Shown here: positions 51,830 to 63,047 of the stretch, one piece after another
How the letters are laid out: the number at the start of each line of letters is the position of its first letter
How positions within the stretch are numbered: position 1 is the first letter of the stretch
Source: Oikopleura dioica
Lineage: Eukaryota > Animalia > Chordata
Assembly: GCA_907165135.1 (NCBI GenBank)
Contig: OU015566.1
Coordinates: 9,548,001-9,612,000 of the forward strand
DNA length: 64,000 nt
Direction of reading: 5' to 3'
Program-made: the position numbers and the translations under genes
Notes under the pieces: generated by a model
What the model saw: the letters and a program-made list of their open reading frames with translations, nothing else
Told to the model about the DNA's origin: nothing
The model's database searches: none

Positions 51830-52549
51830 CTACTGCTCTCTCACTGCCACCCACAAATAAAAAAAAATCGAGGACACTAATCCGATGTTTTTTCTTTGAA
51901 GTAGTTAATAGATTTAGTCAGGACCAAGCAGGCAGTGACTCAGGTTTTGCATGATGTAAGGAAGTGTATTGAAGGGAGATCAATAAATTACGAATAGAAA
52001 CCTTTGTATCGTTTTATCAATTGATACAGTTTGATGAAATCTTGCCAGTGTATTTTGTATTGCTACCAACAGAGGGCGTAAGTTACGTCTCAGCAGGATA
52101 TCAGTAGCTAGTTATGTTGGGAAAATAAGTTTTTGCCTGATTGATAAGCCGGAAATGTTATCCTCTGAGAATTTGCGAGAATTGTTCGAAGAATGGGTTT
52201 TCTAGTTTCCTAAGCCGGAAATGTTGCGGCGGAAAATCACTCGGCTGTTGCACTCTCTTCGTATATAGGTCAGCATGCATGTGTTTGAGTACAAAATAAA
52301 CAGAAAATGGAAGAGGCTTTGAGTTTGACCGAAATTATCAAACAGAAATTTTTCTTTTTTAACCGAGATATCCTCCGAAATGCGCGAAAGTTCAAAACAT
52401 GCGGGGAAAAATTGAAAACTGAGAATCAAAAGGAATTCCAACAACTTGCAAGTAATAATTATATCAGAGTTTAAATACCAACGATTTATTAAGAAAAACT
52501 TGTCCAACTCCTTGAAAAGGAACTCGATGCTGTGAGATTTTTGGAACGT

Positions 52550-53300
52550 ATGATAACACTTGGTTCGCTCGCTGACAATACTATTGTCATTTCCTCGGAC
52601 GAAAGCGAGGAAACTCAGTCGGACATTAGAGCGTTTCTTTTGCCAACTTCGACTCCTCTTAAGCAGCCGACCCCAATCGAGGGATTATCGCTTACCCCTA
52701 TTCACCATGAGAACGCTCCGGCTGAATCAGCGATAAATTCTAAAAATAAGCTTGTGTTTGAAGGTATGATTCAATCGAAAATTTGATTGTCAACTGTTTT
52801 AAAAGATGATACGATTTCCAAGACTGAAACATCAATGGAGCAGACTTTGATTGCCGCTGAGAAAGGTAGTCTCTATCAAAATGATTTGATAAACAGAATC
52901 TTTAGTTTCTACTAAACTGCTGAATGTGGTTCCAATCGTCAATGGTGAAAAATTGGTAAGGGGAAGCTCCATTATAAGTACTCATTTCGGATTCTAGCAA
53001 AGCCGAAAGCGTAGCCTTGACGATGCATCCTCTGATCAGAAGAAGAAAAAGCTCTTTGATGATATTAAAAAACGAGCAGACGATTACGTTCAGGAACACA
53101 TTAATTCCTTAAAAGAAGATTCCGGTAAAAATAATAAATCCGATAGACTCGTAACTTATTCAGATTATCTATCCGATAAAGAAGTCAGCCTTTTCCTCGA
53201 AACAATTGAAGCTGAAACCAAAGATGAGACAGATGCTGCCCTCAGCAAGATCGAGAGCTTCGAAGACCTTCTTGGCTACTTTGACTTGTCCTCCGGCTAA
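52550..53300 (+). CDS. Orphan acidic protein, 5 exons
   Basis: Four GT-AG introns of about 40 nt restore one frame. N-terminal IVISSDESEE (SIM-like); KRSL...KKKKL (NLS-like). Confidence 0.7.
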
Positions 53301-54013
53301 TCATCAACTGTATATATATCCCGTAAGTGATTATCCGAGCCAAAATGTCCGGTTTTTATCCGAATATTTCCTTTCTTCAGTTAAAAGAGTAATTTTTCGA
53401 AAAATTTATCATCTAACCGATTTTTTAGACCGCACTTCTTTTCCGACAATTCCGACAAATCCGTCTTCATTGCATACACGCTCGCCTACTTTACCTATGG
53501 TTTATCTGTACTTTTATTTCTTACTTGTGTCCAACCTTTACTGAAAAAACGCTCTCAAAGCAACTCCGAGACTTATGTCTAATAAATTCCAATCCATGAA
53601 ATCATCAGTTTGTTTTTCTACGCAGGTCTGAGGAGAGGTTGGTTCGATCGCCAGAGTTCTATTTTTAGTCTCGCGCATTTTCCGTTGGCAGTTAGAAACA
53701 GCGCCGCGAGGTTTCGTTGACAGCGCCGCTAGGTCTCGGGAGCAAGCTCACGGTCAAACCTCATACGTAAAAGATGAAAATTGTAAAAATTATTCTCCTT
53801 CTTTTTCTTCCTCCGAGGTTCCCGAGTGGAGCAAATGAGAAAACAACAAAAACGCCAGAAAAAAAATTTGTAGAGAAAGAGCTGTAAATATGTACCTTCT
53901 GTAGATTCTTATTGATAAAAAAATAAATTGACTGCACTTGATATGAACGATTCTTACCAAAATTTTTCATTTCAAGTGCAATCATAACAAAAAATAATCT
54001 TAATAAATTTAGA

Positions 54014-54418
54014 ATGAGACCTTTTTGGGCGGTCAAACTCCCCGGCGAGGACCCGGACGAGCCAGTGTCACCTGAGTCTGTCACAGATTCAGACGACATT
54101 GGTTCTGAAGGCGTTCTTCAAGGGGAAATTCAGTTCAACCTCCTCAATTTAGGTAATCTTTCAAAATCCCTACCCAATTAATTTTTTTTCTAGGGGTCAT
54201 CGTTGTTGTTGCCTGCCTCTCACAGATCACTACTATCTACTGCTTAGGTAAGAGATTCCTTATTAAATACGATACTAAGCTTTAATTTAGCAACCTGCAA
54301 GCACATGAAGCGAAGGATGAAACTCAAGGCTGCACTAGCATGGAGATGGATGAGGAAGTGCTGCAAGAAACCACCCCAGCCCCAAGATCAAGCAAGAGAC
54401 AACCGACAAGACTCATGA
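54014..54418 (+). CDS. Small single-pass membrane protein, 3 exons
   Basis: MRPFWAVK...LLNL|GVIVVVACLSQITTIYCL|ATCKHMKRR...; two short GT-AG introns keep the frame. Confidence 0.65.
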
Positions 54419-54513
54419 CTGTGAAAGAATGCATACCGCTTGACGACTGTTTACACGACTGATGAATAGAACGACTTTTAGGACAGGGACTAATTGTTTC
54501 TTTTTTCAAGATA

Positions 54514-54750
54514 ATGTCGTGCATCCGACCAGATTCGCCTCTTTCGGACTACGAAAGCGATCCGCAAGTACAACGTCTGTTGACTGAGTTCGCCCTCGAT
54601 GCTGGTCTTCTCGAACAGAAGAAATCATTGTATTTTTTCTTAGCAATCGGAATCCTTTTCTTTTTATCCTGCATTCTTCAATGCATTACCATTTACCACG
54701 TCATCAAATTTCGACGAAGATACCATCGATTCCTTGATGCTCTTCGCTAA
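54514..54750 (+). CDS. Small single-pass membrane protein (78 aa)
   Basis: Acidic N-terminus, TM segment LYFFLAIGILFFLSCILQCITIY, basic tail KFRRRYHR. Confidence 0.6.
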   Translation: MSCIRPDSPLSDYESDPQVQRLLTEFALDAGLLEQKKSLYFFLAIGILFFLSCILQCITIYHVIKFRRRYHRFLDALR

Positions 54751-54917
54751 ATTATTCTGAATTCGTCCGTTTCCAAATTCTTTCATAGCCCTCTGACGGT
54801 CGTTCAAAATTTACGACATTTTCTGACTGTTTTAAATTTTGATCGACCGTCTTCAAATTTTCTTTCAAATTTCAAAATAAACAATTCGGCCAAATAACAA
54901 TCCTTTCAAATTTCAGA

Positions 54918-55612
54918 ATGTTCCCGACCGGCCCAAACAAGGATGACAAGCGCAAAGAGAGACCCTTGATCTCCTTCAGTATGTTACAGATCATCAGCAA
55001 ATTCTAAAATGATATTCAGACGTCCTGAATTTCTCTATCGTTATCCACGACCCCGTCCTCGCCGTGCTCTTCGTTGTTTTGCTCGTCGTTGGCATCTTGG
55101 CTCTCAACTTTTTCCAAGGTAACAGCAGCTTATTAGAATCTTATCCAAAATTGAATTTAGCCCGAGCTCGTCATCTCCTGGGTCGAGCTCGAGTACGATT
55201 TCAGCAAGTTCTACCTTCTCCGCTTGAAAATGGCATCCGAAGGATTTTCCCAGGCCTCTTGCTGGTAATAATTCAATCTTTATTTCAATTTTTAAATTTT
55301 TAAGCCGACCCTTCCAAGACCAGAACCAGCGATCATGGCCGCACCGAGACAAGGACCAATGATCCTGCCCACAATCGACGAGCCTCCCACAGTCGATGAG
55401 CCTCCCCAACCGCGCCAGCGTCCACGACCAAGCCAGATTCCAAGACGTCGAGCTAGACCTCAGGAATACGGTCGAGCGGAGATCGGACCGGTAAGAGTTG
55501 ATTCAAAAATTGTCTTCTTACATATGTTTAGCCAAGCCCGGAACCAACTCGTAATGCACGACCCCGAAGATCGCTTCGCAAAAACATCTTCAAAGGAGAG
55601 TACGGACAATAG
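54918..55612 (+). CDS. Single-pass membrane protein with Pro/Arg-rich tail, 5 exons
   Basis: Introns 54979-55019, 55119-55160, 55265-55304 and 55491-55531 (40-42 nt, GT-AG) give one open frame; TM segment VLAVLFVVLLVVGILAL. Confidence 0.75.
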
Positions 55613-56160
55613 GTAATCCTTTTAACACCATTCTTATCTTATTGTAAATTTTATGCTCTTCGATTCCGACATATCCTGCACATTCCAATCCCACGTCATC
55701 TCTCTTCGCAAACACTTCCGCTACACGAAAGCCAGCGCGCGAAATCTTAGTTCTGTACATTTCCGCTACACGAAAGCCAGCCCGTGAAATCCTAGTTCTG
55801 TACATTTCCGCTCTTCTCAAATACGCTCAATAAATATCGAATGCATTCAACCAAAAATTTGGTCTTATAAGCAGCCAGAATTTCAGCAGAGGCATCCAGA
55901 TAAAAAAAATCAGCCAAAATTACTTGCATCAACCAAAAAATGGAAAAAGCGAATAAACTCGCAACCCAACTTCGAAAGCAGTTCAATAACTTGTCAACCA
56001 CAATGCTTATGACTGCATTGAAATACCAGGAGGAAGCAAATCATATCCCAGTTGAGCACGCAGATGAATTTACTGAGCTAACACGTAAGTAAAAAGTGAA
56101 AACATCGCTAATAGCTTTCCTGGAAAACTCGCTGACAGTCTCAACATTGACAACGAAGCC

Positions 56161-56802
56161 GTGGGCATCATTGAAAATCTTCTTCTCGCAGAAACAGACG
56201 ACGAGCTCTCTCTTCACTCATCCAGCGAAGAAAGCGACTCCGAAGAAAGCGACTCTGAAGAAAGCGAGCCCGAGTCGACCTGGACTCAAGGTCACATTGT
56301 TGCTGACAGCGGTGAGCAGTACGGTTTGGTCTGCGACGCTTCTACTCAAACAGCTGATTCTGGATATCTTTCCCTCATGGAAGACTACCCGATTGCCTCT
56401 CATGATCCCGTTTTCGACACAACTCCCGAAATCAGCCCCATTCAGCCAAGACTCATGAGACTCAACGCAACTTCAACAGATCCTACACCAATGCTGATCG
56501 ATATCCCTGATGATGTTTCCCTTGGAACGCTTTTCGAAGGCATGATTGAGCCAGAAAATCAAGACTATGTCACTCTTGAGGAGCTAGTTAATCAGCAATC
56601 TACAATGACCCCACCGAAAAGCCCAATGCTGATCGACATCCCTGATGGAATCTCTCCTCTGCAATCTGAAATGATGGATACTACAGCTTGTGTCACACCA
56701 CCAAGAAAAATCAACCGCAACAAAAAAGCACGAAAGCCACGATGCGCTCGACGAATCTTTCCAAGTAATATAACGCAAGCTTTCTTATCTAATTGCTTTT
56801 AG
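56161..56802 (+). CDS. Orphan acidic Ser/Asp/Glu-rich protein with a basic C-terminus
   Basis: 213-aa ORF with SEESD repeats, duplicated PMLIDIPD and RKINRNKKARKPR. True start not resolved. Confidence 0.55.
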   Translation: MGIIENLLLAETDDELSLHSSSEESDSEESDSEESEPESTWTQGHIVADSGEQYGLVCDASTQTADSGYLSLMEDYPIASHDPVFDTTPEISPIQPRLMRLNATSTDPTPMLIDIPDDVSLGTLFEGMIEPENQDYVTLEELVNQQSTMTPPKSPMLIDIPDGISPLQSEMMDTTACVTPPRKINRNKKARKPRCARRIFPSNITQAFLSNCF

Positions 56803-56971
56803 AAACTCCATACAAAAAGCAAGTTGAAACCGATTGAAGATTCTCCTTTTCTGCCTGAAACTCTTTTACTGTCTTGATTTAACCTGCATTTCTCGCTCTA
56901 TTAGACACAAATAAACACTGGTGAACTTTTTACTCGTTGAACTATGTCCTTCATCAGAATAAAACGCGCAG

Positions 56972-57343
56972 ATGATTGCAAAAGTTATGAGAAAATTCGA
57001 TGTTACTTTTGAGGGTGTTTCCCCGTTCCTTTTTATAGGAGAATTATTCTTGAGCGAGACGCCTTATCAGATTTTTTACGACCAAGACGGCAATCTAAAG
57101 AGCACTGGCTTTAGAAATCACATTGCACAAATATCAACAGGCTGTCCTTATTCAACAAAACAGGAATTTGAGAATCATTACAATCTTAGATTTATTGAAA
57201 TTGAGCATTATCGAAGTAAGTTGATAAGATTCAAGAATGAAGCGTTTTGGTCGAATAGAACTTGCTTTTATGAACAAAACGGCGATCGTTTTCTTGTGGT
57301 CTATCCCATTCTTTCTCTTGCTGAAAAACCTACATATGCTTGA
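56972..57343 (+). CDS. Hypothetical 123-aa protein directly upstream of pPolB
   Basis: Intronless ORF whose TGA overlaps the proposed pPolB ATG (ATGCTTGA). Confidence 0.5.
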   Translation: MIAKVMRKFDVTFEGVSPFLFIGELFLSETPYQIFYDQDGNLKSTGFRNHIAQISTGCPYSTKQEFENHYNLRFIEIEHYRSKLIRFKNEAFWSNRTCFYEQNGDRFLVVYPILSLAEKPTYA

Positions 57344-60300
57344 TAAACGTTTCGACAAAATATCTGATTTTGCTATTGAAATGCCCGACTTAAAGTTCTT
57401 TAATTATCACGGTGTTTTTTCACATGATAACTATCTATCCATCGCGAAAGAAATTCGTCGTGAAATTTCGATTTATGCAAGATCAAATCAGAACCAAGAA
57501 AAGAAAAGAATGCGCTTCCAACGAGTTGGTCGATTCCGTGTAAAGGATCCCATCAGTGAGCCTCTCAATCTCTTCCTCAAACATGATGAACCAACAAGGA
57601 TTTTCGTCATTTTCAATCATAAAGGTAGCTCTTTTCGTCCGTAAGAATTCTTTATTTTTTAAGTTATTGAATCCAATCTGTTTCGATGTGAAAATATCAA
57701 TTGCAACTTGTCTTTCACAAGAAAGTTGGAACTCGAGCGCCATGACTGTTCCAGAGCTCGTCAAATAGAACCAAGTCTCAAACCGTACGGTAAAAACATC
57801 AATCCCCTTGTCGACATGATCGAGCTAGGCGTTTTGGATCGTAAATATTCAAAATATCGAAAGACGTCATTTGGTATGTGCGTATTGAAACTAAAAAATT
57901 AAATGATTTCTAGTGAGCTTTGATATAGAAACTTACGAAAATCCGTTGAATGAAAAACGACAAGAAACCGAAATCCACTCGTCTCTCAAACTGCTGTCAA
58001 TTGGAATCGGGTCAAACTTTGGATACGAAAAATTCATAGCTCGCCAAGGAGACGATTCAGATCACGCTCACAACATGGTTGAAGAATTTGTCTTTGCTCT
58101 CGAAGAGCTCTCTCAATCACCAGAAACTGCTCTACCTCTGGATTTTGACGTTGCTCTTGAAAAGCTTAATGAGCTTATTCAAAACGGTGAGTTTAATTTT
58201 ATAAGCAAGTTTACATGACTTTATAGAGACAAGCATCAAGGAAAAAATGCGATTATCATCTTTGCGAAATCAGTTCAAACAGTACTGCGTCATGAACGTC
58301 TTCGGATTCAATTCGGCAAAGTTTGATTTGGTTGTCTTGGCACCTTATCTCATCCCATTACTCAAGGAAAGGTATCCAAAGTCTTTCAACGTAATTAAAA
58401 AGGGATCCTCCTTCTTTATCGTCTCAACAGAAAGATTTGTGTTCAAAGATGCCATGCTTTTCGGAGCACCGACAAGTTTGGCTGGCTATCTCAAACAGTC
58501 TGGAATCACAGAACAAAAATCAATCTGGCCATACGAGCTTTTTCATAGTGTCAATGATATTCGAAATTGTTTTCAGTTTCCTAATTACGAGAGTTTTTTT
58601 TCGAATCTCAAAAGTTCCAATGTTGATTACGATGATTATTTGACAGAAATGAACAAATTTGAAAGACTCAAAGCGCAAAATCCGCAAACAACAATGATGG
58701 ACTGGCTCAAGCACTACAATATGCTAGATGTCAACCCTTTCGCCAAGGCAATCGCGATTCAATTCGAAATCTTCCATGAAGCATTCGGAGTGGATCCATC
58801 CATGTGCAGTAGTCTACCGAAGTTTGCAATGATCTGCCTCTTTGATTTGTACTCAAAATCATCGCCATTGTCTTGTAAGTTGATAATATAGATTCTTTCC
58901 TCAGATTTTCAGTTTCTTTTGGTCCATCAAGCGCGGAAGAACATCAGTTGTTTCGTGACAATATTATGGGTGGACTCGTCAACGTATTTTCACGATACAC
59001 AGAGCTACGAGAAGATGTTTCTGCTCCTCACAATGCAAAATTTGCTCCGAACGGAGATAAATTTACGAAAATAATCTTTCTTGATTTCAATGCATTGTAT
59101 CTCTATGCTCAGAATCAAGAAATGCCGACAACACCTGGTAATTATTCTTACTCAATTTTATTTTAACTTATATAATAGGAATCCGCTGGATTCGTGATGG
59201 AAATCTGTTTCGAAAGCAGATCATGTCGAGTGGAAACAGTCTCGCTGCTCTTGAATGGCTCACTTTCATCGACGAATACAGCCCGTTGCTGATAACCAAT
59301 GATGGCAAACGCGTTCCACTAGAACATCAATACTACCGTGGCGAAAAACAACTTTTCGACTGGACGATCGACGGCTACGCTCTTGTTGATGGTACCGAGC
59401 TCTTCTTTGAGTTTCTTGGCTGCTACTACCACTCTTGCTGTCCGGAATGCAAGCCTGGACAGACAGATGAAAATTGGGAACAAAAGAAATCCTACCTTGA
59501 AAGTCGAGGACAGCTTATCTTCATTCATGAGTGCGAATGGAAAAGACTCTCTTATCGTCATTTCAAAAAACGATCTAAACATTGGGGACTGATGTTTCAG
59601 CGGCACAATGAAGAGGATCTTCTCGCTGAAATCAAGGATGACAATGTTTTTGGATTCATCGTCGCTGATATTCACTGTCCTGAAGAAATCGAGGCTAAAA
59701 TCAAGCATCTCAACTTCCCTCCAGTTATACAGCGTATGACTATAACTGAGGATTTGGTCTCTCCATACATGAAAGAGCGAGCAAATGCAGCTGGTAGAAA
59801 GATTGAGCAGAACACCGTCGTTCAAACCTTTAACGGCACTCAGCAGCTGATATTGACAAAAGTGGCAAAATTCTACATGGATCTTGGACTAAAAGTAAGA
59901 AATGTCTCCCGTTTTGTCCAGTATCGTGCTGATCGCTGTCTTGGGAACTTTTGCAATACCATTACTGAAGGACGGATAAAATCGCTTGAGGAGAAAAACA
60001 AGTCACTTGCCCTTGCTTTCAAAACCGTCGGCAATTGGTATGTTACAGCAGCTGATTTTCTAATAACTTTTTCTTTAGCGGCTACGGCAAGATGGGGGAG
60101 ATTGTGGATCGTCCAAGGGTCAATTTTTGCAATGAAGATCAACTTGCGAGAGCTGTTCAAAAACCAAACTTCAAGTTTACGGAGCCGCTCACGAGGGAAG
60201 ATGGAGATTACGAACTTTCACAAGTGACAGTAACACCTTCAAAAATCATGGACAACAAACCAATCGTTCTCGCCGTCGCGATTCTTCAGCAATCGAAATT

Positions 60301-60974
60301 GTTATTTCTACGATTCGTCTATGATTTTCTATTCAAGTACCTCGAGGAAGGAAGTTTCAAGCTCAATTATTGCGACACTGATTCATTAGCGATCTGTGAG
60401 TTGAATACTTTTTCAAAATTTACATATTTGATAGCAACGACGAGGACGGCTCCATCGGGCGAAACGCGCAAATCCAAAATTGCATCGACTTTCTTGCCAA
60501 TTGTGAAGCCGCATCTTCGAAAAGCCTTTTTACGAGAATGGCAGAACTGGTTTGTTTTAAAAGACACTCACCGTAATGAGAAAACTCCTGGTTTGATGAA
60601 AAGTATGAAACGCTCATTTCTTTAAAACTAACGTTTTTTAAGCGGAATGGGAAACAGACTGTGGTGCTCTTATAGCTCTTGGAAATAAACTCTACATCGG
60701 AATCGATCCTGAAACTGATGAAAAGAAGAGATCTACAAAAGGAATTCCTCACAATGTCGAAATCGAGTTCGAATCAATGCGAAAATGTTTGAAGGGCGAA
60801 GTTCTTGAAAACAATAATTTTGATCTCAAAACTCTGCGCCGTCAACCGTCAAATGGTTTAGTTTGCCGGACGAGTACTTCAAAGCGCCTGCTTAGTGACG
60901 TCTTTTTTAAGTTCTATGTTGAAGCCGATAAAATAACCTGTAAACCATTATCAAAAGATGGCAAGCTGCTTTGA
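57336..60974 (+). CDS. polB: Protein-primed family B DNA polymerase (Polinton/Maverick type), 9 exons, about 1106 aa
   Basis: Zn-finger CENINC..F...LERHDC; ExoI DIET, ExoII FNSAKFD, ExoIII YNMLDV; PolA DFNALY, PolB KTVGN|CGYGKM, PolC YCDTDS. Removing 8 GT-AG introns gives 3321 nt of uninterrupted frame. Confidence 0.93.
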
Positions 60975-61033
60975 AAACTGATCATGTGTGACGCCTCTGT
61001 ATAAAACTGAACTCTTTCTCAAAACTCAATAAA

Positions 61034-61579
61034 ATGCCTTTTAACCCAACTGAAAGATCTGAGCTTTTGAAACTTACGAATTTATTTGGAAGCGAGCAAC
61101 TCACTCTCGACGATGACGAGTATGCTTTCTTTGAGAGAATAGGAAATATGAGACAGCTGAGGAATTACTTGATCATCAATCCTCCAAAACCAAATCGGAT
61201 CGTCGAAACTGCTGTTTTGATTCTGCTCGTTGATGATCAATTTGCACTGACCGAAGTTTTAAACGCTCTCAACGAGTTTCTCAATCCTCCGTACCGGCTG
61301 CTCATTGACTTTTCCTTTTTACTTGAAAAACCAGATGCGATAGATGAAGAGAGTCGATTCCGATACTCTTGGGCTCAAATGAGTACCAGCTTACCTCTCG
61401 ACATCAATCTTATCAAAGATGACATATCTTTCGAAAAACTCTTGACAGAGCTTCCTTCAATGCCTGAAATTCCTGACATTGTTGCACGATCTCATTCCAA
61501 CCAGAGTCATTATAACGAGTCTGGATATCAGCTCCGAAAAATTCTAACCTGCAACATATTCATAACCAAATTTGAGTAG
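61034..61579 (+). CDS. Hypothetical 181-aa intronless protein of the element
   Basis: Clean ORF preceded by TATAAAA and followed by AATAAA. Confidence 0.65.
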   Translation: MPFNPTERSELLKLTNLFGSEQLTLDDDEYAFFERIGNMRQLRNYLIINPPKPNRIVETAVLILLVDDQFALTEVLNALNEFLNPPYRLLIDFSFLLEKPDAIDEESRFRYSWAQMSTSLPLDINLIKDDISFEKLLTELPSMPEIPDIVARSHSNQSHYNESGYQLRKILTCNIFITKFE

Positions 61580-61701
61580 AAATTTTATTTCTGAAAATAA
61601 CACCGAAATAAAGAAAAGAAATTTCAGAACCGCAGTAATTTGTAAGAGCAGAAAACACAAGCACAGAGCATGGTAATCGAGAGAGTCGGAATCAGGAGAT
61701 T

Positions 61702-61983
61702 TTAGTCGGAGTAGCTTGTCCAGTCCATGTTGTCGAGGACGAAGTCGTAGAAAGTAAGGTTATTCCGGATGTCAAATTCTGTCTGAGTTCTTTTTCCAAT
61801 GATGCAGACGCCAATTTCTCCGGCGATGAGATCCGGGAGGGCATTATCAAGTTCTTCCTTCTTGAAAAACTTTTTCAGTTTCATCAGCTCCCGTCGATTG
61901 TCAGAAGTTCCAGTGATCGTGACGAAAAATCCGTACTGTTTGGCAACTCGGACGGAAAAAGAAATAACTTGAAATTTGGTCAT
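61702..61983 (-). CDS. Hypothetical 93-aa protein of the element
   Basis: ATG-initiated ORF with a TATA-like sequence upstream on the minus strand; convergent with 61034-61579. Confidence 0.55.
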   Translation of the reverse strand: MTKFQVISFSVRVAKQYGFFVTITGTSDNRRELMKLKKFFKKEELDNALPDLIAGEIGVCIIGKRTQTEFDIRNNLTFYDFVLDNMDWTSYSD

Positions 61984-62337
61984 TTTCGTTTGTTTTTTCA
62001 GTTTTCTGAATTTTGATGAGTCTACTGAGATGGGTACCGCTTAAATATATTTCAATTCATGCTCTAGTAGATTTGACCTTTTACCCGTGAAATATCAATT
62101 AGCAATATCAAGATGTAAAAGAATCTACCGATTCTGAGAACCAGATGTAGATACGGCTATTATTGTTACACATGTCTTAGAAAGCAGATGCAACCATGCA
62201 GATAGCGGAAGCAGCGGCTGTGGGAACTCCAGATTTTAATCCGATTACTATCAGCCGGACGTACATTGGCGCCATCTTAGCGCTAGACTAAGTTCTCCAT
62301 ATTTAACTCCACCCAAAACACGAAACTCCATCAAATT

Positions 62338-62919
62338 ATGTCAAATCTAACAAACCAAAAGCCTCTTGTCGGCTTCAACACTCGAGCAAACGTCGTCTAT
62401 CGCAGCAAGAGTCCTTGGTCTCAGACCATCTACGCAGAACCTATCTACGAAGAACCTCCAAGCCCTATCTACGACCCAAACCATCCCGACTACGACGCTT
62501 CAGTCTACGACATGCACATTTCAGGAGATCTGACTTACAATCCTGTCAGCCCAGTCTACCAACCCGACGACGCTTCCTCTGCCAGTGACTTCTCCGACAG
62601 CGACTCCTCTGACAACGACTCTTCTGAGAGCGATTCTTCCGACAGCAACTCCTCCGACAGCGACTCCTCCGACAGCGATTCATCCGACGACGACTCCTCC
62701 GAAGACGATGTCATCACAATCTCAGACGACGATCACATTACAATCTCAGATGACGATGTCATCATGATTTCCGATGATTCAATCATTAGCGTCTCTGATG
62801 AGGAGCCAATGGAGATTGACGACGAGCCCGTGCAAGGCTGCGAAGAATGGGAAACAGCTCGGCAACGCTTCATCCAGCATCACATTGACATGGGCAACAT
62901 CCGAACAGAAACCGACTAA
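62338..62919 (+). CDS. Acidic disordered protein with DSDSS repeats and a tandem SUMO-interacting-motif array
   Basis: 193-aa ORF containing VITISDDD-HITISDDD-VIMISDDS-IISVSDEE; AATAAA downstream. Confidence 0.7.
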   Translation: MSNLTNQKPLVGFNTRANVVYRSKSPWSQTIYAEPIYEEPPSPIYDPNHPDYDASVYDMHISGDLTYNPVSPVYQPDDASSASDFSDSDSSDNDSSESDSSDSNSSDSDSSDSDSSDDDSSEDDVITISDDDHITISDDDVIMISDDSIISVSDEEPMEIDDEPVQGCEEWETARQRFIQHHIDMGNIRTETD

Positions 62920-63047
62920 TTTTTCCTCCTCTACTCTCATACTTCACCTTAGATTACTGTTTTTCTATTGCTGTGCTTAACCTGCTGTAAATTTTGTCTT
63001 TGTAATAAAACACCAAAAACCTTAAAATTCAGTGTTTTTATTGACAG

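Noticed and set aside
55590-56001. Minus-strand ORFs with a 45-bp tandem duplication (AEMYRTRISRAGFRV x2)
   Set aside because: The two ORFs are out of frame with no intron that joins them; treated as a simple duplication.
56096-56458. Histone H1-like PAKKATPKKATLKKAS frame overlapping the acidic ORF
   Set aside because: Frame-shifted reading of the SEESD repeats; the duplicated PMLIDIPD motif supports the acidic frame. Not fully excluded, because an upstream exon phase fits this frame.
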